Positions 7,169-15,695 are shown, counted from the stretch's first letter. The stretch: DNA of 32,000 nt from Candidatus Electronema halotolerans (GCA_942493095.1 OW818675.1:810001-842000), one strand, 5' to 3'. The notes: generated from the letters alone by a model not told the origin. Numbers and translations: made by a program.

Positions 7169-8944
7169 ATGAATCCCATCACCAATCTCCGCCACTACCT
7201 GGACATTCTCCGCCGGGAAAATGAATTTCTTGTTATTGAAGAAGAGGTTGATCCCTGCCTTGAAATCGCGGAAATTCACCGCCGGGTGATTGCTGCGGGC
7301 GGCCCGGCCCTGCTCTTCACTAAAGTCAAAGGCTCAACCTTTCCGGTGGTCACCAATCTTTTTGGCACCAATCGCCGACTGGAGCTGGCCTTTGGCCGCA
7401 GGCCGCTGGATTTTGTCAGCAATCTGGTCCGGCTGGCGGAAGAAATCATGCCGCCGACGCTCGGCAAACTCTGGCAGTCCCGCTCAGTCGGCCTGCAAGC
7501 CCTCAAAGTCGGCCTGAAAAACGTCAGCCGCAGCCACGCACCAGTGCTGGAGCAACTCCAGCAGCCTGCCCGTCTCAGCAGCTTGCCCATGCTCACCTCG
7601 TGGCACAGCGACGGCGGGGCCTTTGTCACGCTGCCCTTAGTCTATACTGAGCACCCGGACGGGCGCGGCCACAATCTCGGCATGTACCGCATCCAGCGGC
7701 ATGACGATACGACGACAGGTGTGCATTGGCAGATTCACAAAGGCGGCGGCTATCATTACTATGAGGCCGAGCAGTGCGGCCAGAGCCTACAGATGACGCT
7801 GTTCATCGGCGGGCCGCCCGCCTTGATGCTGGCCGCCATCGCACCCCTGCCAGAGAATATCCCGGAGCTGATGCTGGCCTCGCTGCTTCAGGGCAGCAGA
7901 TTGGCCATGAGTGCTGATCCGCTCGGCGGCCATCGTCTGGTGGCAGAGGCCGAATTTGCGGTTAAAGGCGCGGTGCCGCCCAAGCTGCGGCGGCCTGAAG
8001 GCCCTTTCGGCGATCATTACGGCTACAATTCGCTGGCTCATGACTATCCGGTTTTTCAAACCACGCATCTTTATCATCGCAAGGATGCGATTTATCCGGC
8101 CACTGTGGTCGGTCATCCTAAGCAGGAAGACTATTTTATCGGCGATTTCTTGCAGGATTTGCTTTCGCCGATCTTCCCGCTCGCTCTGAACGGCGTGCGC
8201 CAGCTCAAGACTTTTGGCGAGACCGGCTTTCATTGCTTGGCAGCGGCCAAGGTATATAATAGATATCCTCGCGAAGCCTTTGCCGCCGGGTTGCGCATTC
8301 TTGGCGAGGGCCAGCTTTCGCTGACCAAATTCCTGATCATCACCGACGGCAGTCTTGATGTCGCTGATTTTGCCAAGCTCTGGCAGCACGTTTTAGAGCG
8401 TGTGCAGTGGGAGCGGGACTTGTTCGTCTTTGCCAATGTCTCGCAGGACACGCTGGATTACACCGGCCCTTCGGTGAACAAAGGTTCCAAGGCCATGCTG
8501 CTGGGACTTGGCGAGCAGCAGCGCGATTTGCCGAGAGAGTTCAGCGGCAGCCTGCCGCCGGAATGCGGCCCGGCCAAAGTTTTTCTGCCCGGCACCTTGG
8601 TCGTGCAGGGCGAAAGTTATGCCGACAAGCCGAATTTGGGCGCAACATTGGCAAACTGGCCCGACCTTGCTGACTGGCCAGTGGTCGTTCTGGTGGATTC
8701 AACGACCGCCGCGACCGAGAACATGCAGGAATTTCTCTGGAACTTCTTCACCCGCTTTGAACCGGCAGCGGATATTCATGCTAAAGAAGAGCAGGTGCGC
8801 CGTTTTCATGTCGGCTTAACTCCGCCCATTGTCTTTGACTGCCGGATGAAGCCGTGGTACACTGAGGTGCTTGAGGTTGATCCGGCCACCAAGGCTCTGG
8901 TTGACAGTAAGTTTGCCAAGATCATTCCAGCGCAGTGGCGGTGA
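7169..8944 (+). CDS. UbiD family (de)carboxylase
   Basis: 591 aa; LRHYLDILRRENEFLVIEEEVDPCLEIAEIHRRV...MYRIQRHDDTTTGVHWQIHKGGGYHYYEAE...PKQEDYFIGDFLQDLLSPIFPL is typical of UbiD enzymes. Confidence 0.93.
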   Translation: MNPITNLRHYLDILRRENEFLVIEEEVDPCLEIAEIHRRVIAAGGPALLFTKVKGSTFPVVTNLFGTNRRLELAFGRRPLDFVSNLVRLAEEIMPPTLGKLWQSRSVGLQALKVGLKNVSRSHAPVLEQLQQPARLSSLPMLTSWHSDGGAFVTLPLVYTEHPDGRGHNLGMYRIQRHDDTTTGVHWQIHKGGGYHYYEAEQCGQSLQMTLFIGGPPALMLAAIAPLPENIPELMLASLLQGSRLAMSADPLGGHRLVAEAEFAVKGAVPPKLRRPEGPFGDHYGYNSLAHDYPVFQTTHLYHRKDAIYPATVVGHPKQEDYFIGDFLQDLLSPIFPLALNGVRQLKTFGETGFHCLAAAKVYNRYPREAFAAGLRILGEGQLSLTKFLIITDGSLDVADFAKLWQHVLERVQWERDLFVFANVSQDTLDYTGPSVNKGSKAMLLGLGEQQRDLPREFSGSLPPECGPAKVFLPGTLVVQGESYADKPNLGATLANWPDLADWPVVVLVDSTTAATENMQEFLWNFFTRFEPAADIHAKEEQVRRFHVGLTPPIVFDCRMKPWYTEVLEVDPATKALVDSKFAKIIPAQWR

Positions 8945-8960
8945 GTCGCGCAGCTCCAGC

Positions 8961-8996
8961 GACAAAAATTGTCAGCAGGTGACAAAAATTGTCACC
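8961..8996. promoter_or_regulatory. Twin palindromes, candidate enhancer-binding-protein sites
   Basis: GACAAAAATTGTC at 8961-8973 and GGTGACAAAAATTGTCACC at 8978-8996. Same 13-bp core, centres 20 bp apart, upstream of a -24/-12 promoter. Confidence 0.5.
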
Positions 8997-9100
8997 ACGC
9001 AGAGGCCGAAGACAGAGCTGGCTACAGCAAAAAAAGGCCGCTGCCAGCTAACTGCCTGTTGAACAGGGAGAAAATTTTCTTAGCTGCAGCTTGTTGAAAT

Positions 9101-9116
9101 TGGCACGCCCTTTGCT
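9101..9116 (+). promoter_or_regulatory. Sigma-54 (-24/-12) promoter for pilin 1
   Basis: TGGCAC-GCCCT-TTGCT: perfect -24 and -12 elements, 10 nt between GG and GC, 83 nt upstream of the pilin ATG. Confidence 0.85.
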
Positions 9117-9198
9117 TGATAAAGGACAAAAGGAAAATAGACCGGCAGACGGCAGCCACGCCCCCGGCAAACCAACACAACCTGAATGGAGGAACACC

Positions 9199-9639
9199 AT
9201 GAAGATGAATAAACTGAGAATGCTGGCCAGCGACAAAGGCTTCACCCTGATCGAGCTGATGATCGTCATCGCCATCATCGGTATTTTGGCAGCAGTTGCG
9301 ATTCCGAACTTCATTGCCTATCGTGACAAGGCGTACTGTTCGGCAGCAGAGAAGGATGCAAACAGCATTGCCGGGGCTGTATCTGAGTATTTTGCAATTC
9401 CGTCTCATACCACATGGGTAGATCAGAGTTTAGCTGCAGGTTATAGTGGTGGAGCGCAGGCGAGTGTGAATTTTTCCGCCTTGTCTGGCCAGAACAGCGC
9501 GAGTGTTGTCGGGCCTGTCAGCAGTATCGTCATCACTGTTACAGATGGCAGTGGTCGCTGCCCTAAAGACTACATGACTGCACAGACTGCTGCTGGCTGG
9601 AATTCCACTGATCGTACTTTCACAAAAGCGATGGAATAA
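9199..9639 (+). CDS. Type IV major-pilin-like protein 1 (PilA family)
   Basis: Prepilin leader ending ASDKG/FTLIELMIVIAIIGILAAVAIPNFIAYRDKAYCSAAEKDA. Good RBS (GGAGG at 9188). The track ORF begins at 9091 but the ATG at 9199 fits the short leader. Confidence 0.94.
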   Translation: MKMNKLRMLASDKGFTLIELMIVIAIIGILAAVAIPNFIAYRDKAYCSAAEKDANSIAGAVSEYFAIPSHTTWVDQSLAAGYSGGAQASVNFSALSGQNSASVVGPVSSIVITVTDGSGRCPKDYMTAQTAAGWNSTDRTFTKAME

Positions 9640-9680
9640 TCACCGTCAACAACTAATCTCTGCTCTTCCGCGAGATTGAC

Positions 9681-9716
9681 ATCTCGCCCCTTAAAAAGGG
9701 GCGAGATTATTTTTTT
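9681..9716 (+). terminator. Intrinsic terminator after pilin 1
   Basis: 12-bp perfect stem ATCTCGCCCCTT (9681-9692) / AAGGGGCGAGAT (9696-9707), AAA loop, then TATTTTTTT. Confidence 0.9.
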
Positions 9717-11762
9717 ATGAATAAATTTTTATTATTCTTTAGTATTGTAGTTTTGTCTTATTCAAATTCATTGAATACGACTTGGCAGTTTGATGATGCT
9801 CCAAATATCCTCAATAACAGCAAACTTCATGTTTCCGAACTGACCTTTCAGCAACTCTCCGCAACACTTCGGGCGCATCCTGCTATCCCTAATAAAATTT
9901 ACCGTCCTCTGCCCTGCCTCACCCTTGGCCTGAACTGGTATTTCGGTCAAGATAATGTATTCGGCTACCATGTAGTTAATCTTGCCATTCACATTCTGAC
10001 TGGTTGGTTTCTTTTTTTGACCCTGCACCTGCTTCTGCGGATATATTATAAAAAAAAACGATACCCCCCGCAATTTTTTGCTGCCGCTGCTCTGCTTGCG
10101 ACGCTCTTCTGGGCACTTGCACCCATCCAGACTCAAGCAGTCACCTATATCGTTCAACGCATGGCTGCTATGGCGGCAATGTTCAGCATTATTGCCATCT
10201 ATGCTTATCTGCGCGGAAAAACTGCGGATCAAGGAAAAAAATATCTCTGGTTTGTTCTCTGTCTGGTGTCTTTTTGCGCCGCACTGGGCAGCAAGGAAAA
10301 CGCTGTCCTGCTGCCAGCCTCTCTCCTTCTACTTGAGCTATCTTTTTTTTATCATCGTATTTCAAAGAAATACATTATCTTCATTCTCCTGATCGCAGCT
10401 GCAACGTTCACCACAGGCTTCTTTTTTATCCGTCACGGCTTGGATATTTCTTCATTTCATGTATCAAAGTTATTTAGTTTTCTGGATGGATACGATAAGC
10501 GTTCTTTCACACTCAAAGAACGGCTGCTGACAGAACCACGAATCGTTCTGATGTATTTTTCCCAAATTGTACTTCCGAACGTTCAGCGGCTTTCGATTGA
10601 GCACGATATTGTTCTGTCCACTTCATTATTTTCACCGTGGACCACCCTGCCTGCCATTTTGACTATCTTTCTGGCCGTGTCCAGCTCTTTGTTTTTTCTG
10701 AAAAAACACCCTCTATTTTGTTTTCCTGTTCTTTTCTTTTTTCTCAATCACACAGTGGAATCCACGATCGTGCCACTGGAGCTTATGTTTGAACACCGCA
10801 ACTACTTGCCTTCGCTTTTTCTTTTTTTGCCTGTTGGGATTGTTGTCGCACATATTCTATACAGCACTCCGCAGCAACCAGTGTTTCGTCAGATAACAGC
10901 CATACTCTGCACCAGCCTTTTTCTTATCATCTCCGGCCATGCCACTTATACACGTAATCAAGCATGGGCAACAGAAGAAAGTCTATGGACTGATGCTGTT
11001 CGTAAGGCTCCAAATAGTTCTAGGGTAGCTCATAACTTAGGCATGAGGTATCTTCAGTCTAGTCAATACCAACATGCTTATCATTATTTTAATTTATCTC
11101 TTAAAAATGCGGAAAATTCACCTACTCCTGAAACTACCAAAAAAATATCGCTAAGTGGGATGGGAAGTGTGTCTTATATGCTTGGAAGATATCAGCAAGC
11201 ATTGATGTTTTTTGATGAATGTCTTGATATAGATAAAAAAGATGAGGCATGTCTGAAGAATAAGGTGTTATCTTTACTTGACCTTGGTTATCCAGAAAAA
11301 GCCTTGCCTGCTGCACATAAGCTTACTGTTGAATATCCAACATATCCAGCATATCAATATTTAGCCGCGTTATCTGCTTATCGAGTCGGAGATATTGATA
11401 CATCTCTACAAAGGTTGCAAAAAATAGTTAAACAGGGGTTGAATAATCATGAGGGCATGTACTTGACTGGAATTCTTCTTGCGAAGAGTGGCGCATACAA
11501 GAATAGTTTATTATTTTTGCAACGAGCAATTCGTTTGTCGCCAACTATGATAAAATATCAAATTGTTCTTGCATCCGTTTATTATGCTGATGGACAAAAT
11601 TCTATGGCGAGAAAAATAATAGAAGATATTTTCAAGATGTATCCTTTGTCAAGAATAAGGAATGCTCTTGGATCGATAAAAAAGTATAACGAGATTGATC
11701 AAGGTGATATTGAAAAGATAGAAGGTGTTTTGTCTGCTTATTCTAAAATTAACCCTCTTTAG
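9717..11762 (+). CDS. Multi-pass GT-C-like membrane protein with C-terminal TPRs (TMTC-like), copy 1
   Basis: 681 aa; NSLNTTWQFDDAPNIL first-loop acidic motif, IQTQAVTYIVQRMAAMAAMF, many hydrophobic segments, C-terminal TPRs. Overall architecture matches TMTC/DUF1736-type proteins. Confidence 0.8.
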   Translation: MNKFLLFFSIVVLSYSNSLNTTWQFDDAPNILNNSKLHVSELTFQQLSATLRAHPAIPNKIYRPLPCLTLGLNWYFGQDNVFGYHVVNLAIHILTGWFLFLTLHLLLRIYYKKKRYPPQFFAAAALLATLFWALAPIQTQAVTYIVQRMAAMAAMFSIIAIYAYLRGKTADQGKKYLWFVLCLVSFCAALGSKENAVLLPASLLLLELSFFYHRISKKYIIFILLIAAATFTTGFFFIRHGLDISSFHVSKLFSFLDGYDKRSFTLKERLLTEPRIVLMYFSQIVLPNVQRLSIEHDIVLSTSLFSPWTTLPAILTIFLAVSSSLFFLKKHPLFCFPVLFFFLNHTVESTIVPLELMFEHRNYLPSLFLFLPVGIVVAHILYSTPQQPVFRQITAILCTSLFLIISGHATYTRNQAWATEESLWTDAVRKAPNSSRVAHNLGMRYLQSSQYQHAYHYFNLSLKNAENSPTPETTKKISLSGMGSVSYMLGRYQQALMFFDECLDIDKKDEACLKNKVLSLLDLGYPEKALPAAHKLTVEYPTYPAYQYLAALSAYRVGDIDTSLQRLQKIVKQGLNNHEGMYLTGILLAKSGAYKNSLLFLQRAIRLSPTMIKYQIVLASVYYADGQNSMARKIIEDIFKMYPLSRIRNALGSIKKYNEIDQGDIEKIEGVLSAYSKINPL

Positions 11763-11764
11763 AC

Positions 11765-13837
11765 ATGCAATATAAAAACATAGATACAGAAGCAGCAAAA
11801 AGGAATATTTTTTGTTTTTTTCTGCTTTGTTTTTTGATCTGTTTGGTATATTTTAATACGCTCAATAGTTCTTGGCATTTCGATGATGAACCAAATATTC
11901 TTTTAAACTCATCTCTTCATTTGACAGATTTTTATCTGAAGTCTCTGGCTGACACGTTAATCTCTCACCCTGACTGGTCAAACCCTAAGTTATATCGACC
12001 AATTTCCTGCTTCACTTTTGCATTGAACTGGTATTTTGGTCAGGACGATCCTACAGGTTACCATATAGTCAATATATCTATTCATATCATTACTGCTTTT
12101 TTTCTTTTTCTTGTCCTCCTGCAAATAATGCGTCTTACAGACGTAACAAAAGAAGGAGAGCCAAAGAATTATTTTATAGCCTTATTAGGTGCCGCATTAT
12201 GGGCGGCGGCTCCTATTCAAACTCAAGCTGTCACTTATATCGTTCAGCGCATGGCTTCCTTGGCCGCGATGTTCACCATTCTTGCTATTTACAGCTATCT
12301 GAAAGCGCGGACAGAGAAAAATATCCGCTGGGCTGCGATCTGCGTTCTGTTCTTTCTTGCCGGAATCGGCAGCAAGGAAAATGCAGTCATACTGCCCGCC
12401 TCTCTCCTGCTGTTGGAATTTTCTTTTTTCAGCCATCATATTTCAAAACAAAAGATAGGCTGGATAGCTGTCACCAGTTTCGTTGCGTTACTTGCAGGGT
12501 TCTTTGCAATGCATTTTCTTTTCGGAAAAAATCTGCTGAATATCTTCGATCCATCCCGTCTCATCGACAGTTATGAAGCTCGTTCTTTTACGTTAAGTGA
12601 ACGCATCCTGACTGAACCGAGAATTGTCCTGATGTATATCTCGCAGATATTTGTTCCTCTTGTTTCCCGGCTTTCTCTTGTTCACGATATCCAAGTATCA
12701 ACATCTCTTTTCACTCCGTGGACCACCTTGCCCGCAATTGCAACTATATTCACCTTGATTGCTCTGTCGGTCATATTTCTCAAAAAATATCCTTTGTTCG
12801 CTTTTCCTGTACTTTTCTTTTTTCTTAATCACACCGTAGAATCAACGATCCTTCCGTTAGAATTAATTTTTGAGCATAGAAATTACCTTCCTTCATTTTT
12901 TCTCTTCCTTCCCATCAGTTTGCTGATTGCGCAGGCAATATATATACCAAACAGACTTTCCTCTGTTGGACGTTTTGCCATTATAGCAGGAACCGTATGC
13001 TTCATGATTATTTCCGGTCATGCAACCTATACCAGAAATCTTGCTTGGGCGGATGAAGGAACTTTATGGACGGATGGTATCAGAAAGGCTCCTTCAAGCC
13101 CACGAGCTGCCGGTTTCTTGGGAAGATGGTATCAAAAGCATGGTCAGTATAAAAAAGCATATTATTATTTCAAGCAGTCTTTAGATAAATCTTATTTAGC
13201 ACCAACGCCGAGTGCATCAAGATTCGCAGCTGTTCAATCTATAGGAGATATTCATTATGAGCTAAAACAATATAGAGCGGCTGTTTCTTATTTCACTCAA
13301 TGCCTTGAAATAAAAAATAATAATGAATACTGTCTGACAAAGAGAGCCGAATCGTACTTACAACTTAACTTGCCACAAAAATCTCTGCATGATGCAGAGA
13401 TTCTCTCTACAAAATATCCGTTTTACTCATTAGGTAAATATCTTGCTGCATCAGCAAGTTATCGTTTAGGAAATTTCTCATCAGCTCAGGAATATATGCA
13501 GGAAATTATACGAAAATCATTAGATAAACCAAAAGGTTTATATCTTATGGGCATTATTCTGTTCAACTACAAAAGTTATCCAAACGCCCTCTTTTTTCTC
13601 AGAAGAGCCGCTGATCTATGGCCAAGCAACGCAGAGTATCAGCTCTCTTTAGCGGCAGCTAATTATATAAACGGTCAACTTGATGCTGCGGAAGACACTC
13701 TGCGCAATGTCTTCACCCGTTATCCGCTCCCTGTCATAGAAAAGGCGTTGCAGGATTTTGCACCTGATGCTCCAGATAAAGAGTCAGTCACTTTTGTAGA
13801 GAATATCCTTGCCGGGATGCTTAGAGAGGAAATTTGA
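11765..13837 (+). CDS. Multi-pass GT-C-like membrane protein with C-terminal TPRs (TMTC-like), copy 2
   Basis: 690 aa paralogue of 9717..11762: NTLNSSWHFDDEPNILLNSSLHL, IQTQAVTYIVQRMASLAAMFTI, LTEPRIVLMYISQIFVPLVSRLSLVHDIQVSTSLFTPWTTLPA. Starts 2 nt after copy 1 ends. Confidence 0.8.
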   Translation: MQYKNIDTEAAKRNIFCFFLLCFLICLVYFNTLNSSWHFDDEPNILLNSSLHLTDFYLKSLADTLISHPDWSNPKLYRPISCFTFALNWYFGQDDPTGYHIVNISIHIITAFFLFLVLLQIMRLTDVTKEGEPKNYFIALLGAALWAAAPIQTQAVTYIVQRMASLAAMFTILAIYSYLKARTEKNIRWAAICVLFFLAGIGSKENAVILPASLLLLEFSFFSHHISKQKIGWIAVTSFVALLAGFFAMHFLFGKNLLNIFDPSRLIDSYEARSFTLSERILTEPRIVLMYISQIFVPLVSRLSLVHDIQVSTSLFTPWTTLPAIATIFTLIALSVIFLKKYPLFAFPVLFFFLNHTVESTILPLELIFEHRNYLPSFFLFLPISLLIAQAIYIPNRLSSVGRFAIIAGTVCFMIISGHATYTRNLAWADEGTLWTDGIRKAPSSPRAAGFLGRWYQKHGQYKKAYYYFKQSLDKSYLAPTPSASRFAAVQSIGDIHYELKQYRAAVSYFTQCLEIKNNNEYCLTKRAESYLQLNLPQKSLHDAEILSTKYPFYSLGKYLAASASYRLGNFSSAQEYMQEIIRKSLDKPKGLYLMGIILFNYKSYPNALFFLRRAADLWPSNAEYQLSLAAANYINGQLDAAEDTLRNVFTRYPLPVIEKALQDFAPDAPDKESVTFVENILAGMLREEI

Positions 13838-13904
13838 GCGTTAAGCAGATTGTTTATATTGAAATAATTGCATTTTTTATTTTTCGTACCGTTTTGAGTA
13901 AAAT

Positions 13905-13920
13905 TGGAACGAATTATGCT
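13905..13920 (+). promoter_or_regulatory. Sigma-54 (-24/-12)-like promoter for pilin 2
   Basis: TGGAAC-GAATT-ATGCT: 5/6 match to the -24 box, 4/5 to the -12 box, correct 10-nt GG/GC spacing, 53 nt upstream of the pilin 2 ATG. Confidence 0.65.
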
Positions 13921-13973
13921 TGCAAAAGAGTGGATTGCTGGAACATCTATTACTTCAACACAGGAGCGGTATC

Positions 13974-14453
13974 ATGACACTTAATACATTACTAAGCCGA
14001 AATAAAGAGAAAGGCTTTACTCTGATTGAACTGATGATTGTTATTGCCATCATCGGAATTCTGGCGGCAGTTGCCATACCTAACTTTATCGCGTACCGAG
14101 ATAAAGCGTATTGTTCCGCAGCAGAAAAAGATGCAAGTTCCATTGCTGCGACTCTGGCGGACTATTTTGCGATTCCAAGTCATACTGATATAATAAATCA
14201 AGTTATACACTTAGAAGAAATAGGAAAGCCAGGTTTCTCCGGAGGCCCTGCTTTAATGATGGGAGGAAAAACGTCAAGTCCAATATTTTCTGCTCTTTCA
14301 GGAGTTAATATTGCAACAATTAGAGGCCCGGTTGATAATATCCGAATTAGTGTAAAAGATGGAAGCGGTCGATGCCCGGCAGATTATATGGCGGCCCAAG
14401 CTGGGGCTGGCTGGGATTCAACAAACCGTATATTTGTTAAGAAGATGGAGTAA
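13974..14453 (+). CDS. Type IV major-pilin-like protein 2
   Basis: MTLNTLLSRNKEKG/FTLIELMIVIAIIGILAAVAIPNFIAYRDKAYCSAAEKDASSIA. C-terminal DGSGRCPADYMAAQAGAGWDSTNRIFVKKME parallels pilin 1. The track ORF begins at 13920; ATG 13974 is preceded by AGGAGC. Confidence 0.94.
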   Translation: MTLNTLLSRNKEKGFTLIELMIVIAIIGILAAVAIPNFIAYRDKAYCSAAEKDASSIAATLADYFAIPSHTDIINQVIHLEEIGKPGFSGGPALMMGGKTSSPIFSALSGVNIATIRGPVDNIRISVKDGSGRCPADYMAAQAGAGWDSTNRIFVKKME

Positions 14454-14482
14454 AACAGGAGAGTGTCCACACTCTACACAAT

Positions 14483-14517
14483 AGTCGAACAGCCTGTCGA
14501 AAAACAGCTGTTCGACT
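14483..14517. repeat. Inverted repeat / hairpin downstream of pilin 2
   Basis: AGTCGAACAGC (14483-14493) and its reverse complement GCTGTTCGACT (14507-14517), 13-nt loop. No T-tract follows. Confidence 0.7.
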
Positions 14518-14633
14518 GTTGTGAATCCCAAGATGCTCTCTTTACTGTTCTGTTTGTTGAATCGTTCTATAATGGTCATTAAATTCAGGTTGTTGGTGAT
14601 ATCTGTCCATCCAAAGAAAATATTGATAATAAA

Positions 14634-15695
14634 ATGAATATATTCTTCAACATAAGCCACCCAGCGCATGTGCATTTTTTTAAAAATGCCATATCAAAAC
14701 TTGAGCAAAACGGGCATAATATCATTGTTGGTGCGCGCAACAAAGAATTCACCATAGAACTGCTCAAAGCATACAATATTCATCATATTATTCTGACTAA
14801 CAAAGGCCAAGGACTGGCAGGACTTGTCAAAGAATTGCTTGTTCAGCAGCTCAAACTATCGAAAATTATAAAGGAACACTCAATAGATATGATGCTGCAA
14901 ATCAGCGGCATCTTCAATGCGCCTGTTGGAAAATGGTACGGCATTCCTACCTTGGCCTTTTCCGACACTGAAAATGATACTTTGGGCAATAAACTTTCTT
15001 TTTCGTTAAGCAGACATGTTCTTTTGCCAACCTGCTTTGATCACCATCGCGGCGGAACTTGGAAAAATCAAATTCTTTATCCGGGCTACCATGAGCTGGC
15101 CTATCTGTCGCCCCGTTATTTTCCTGAAGTAAAATCCGAAAATAAATTTTTGGTCCGTTTTGTTAGCTGGGGCGCAGGCCATGATTTTGGCGAAAAAGGA
15201 CTGACTCTGGCGCAGAAGATTGAGATTGTGAATATTCTCAAGCACTGGGGTGAGGTTTATATTTCCTCAGAAGCACCGCTGCCGGAGAGTCTAACCGAGT
15301 ATGCCTGCACATTTCATCCGGCTGAAGTGCATGATTTTATGAAAGCGTGTACAATGGTGGTGGGAGAATCCGCCACTATGGCTTCCGAGGCTGCTGTTCT
15401 GGGCATACCTGCTGTGTTTATTTCTGACACCGGCAGAGGCTATACGACAGAACAGGACAAAAAATACGGCCTGATCAAGCATTATCAGCGGCATCAATGG
15501 ACAGAAATTGTCGCGACGTTAAAAGAATGGGCAGGGCAAGACTTATCAGCCCAATGGCAGGAAAAACGCCGGAACATGTTGCGGGATAAAATAGAAGTAA
15601 CAGACTGGCTGGTTGATCTGGTTGAGCAATATCCTGACAGCATCCAATCGTCGAAGAACAGAAACTTTGCGAGGTATGCTCTATGTGCGGCATAG
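14634..15695 (+). CDS. DUF354 family protein (glycosyltransferase-like)
   Basis: 353 aa; MNIFFNISHPAHVHFFKNAISKLEQNGHNIIVGARNKEFTIELL...GYHELAYLSPRYF...SWGAGHDFG is typical of DUF354 proteins in polysaccharide loci. Confidence 0.85.
   Translation: MNIFFNISHPAHVHFFKNAISKLEQNGHNIIVGARNKEFTIELLKAYNIHHIILTNKGQGLAGLVKELLVQQLKLSKIIKEHSIDMMLQISGIFNAPVGKWYGIPTLAFSDTENDTLGNKLSFSLSRHVLLPTCFDHHRGGTWKNQILYPGYHELAYLSPRYFPEVKSENKFLVRFVSWGAGHDFGEKGLTLAQKIEIVNILKHWGEVYISSEAPLPESLTEYACTFHPAEVHDFMKACTMVVGESATMASEAAVLGIPAVFISDTGRGYTTEQDKKYGLIKHYQRHQWTEIVATLKEWAGQDLSAQWQEKRRNMLRDKIEVTDWLVDLVEQYPDSIQSSKNRNFARYALCAA

Noticed and set aside
7787-8389. 200-aa minus-strand ORF
   Set aside because: Shadow of the UbiD-family gene.
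8978-8996. GGTGACAA-AAA-TTGTCACC as the ubiD terminator
   Set aside because: Perfect stem but no following T-tract, and its core is duplicated 20 bp upstream, so a protein-binding site is the better reading.
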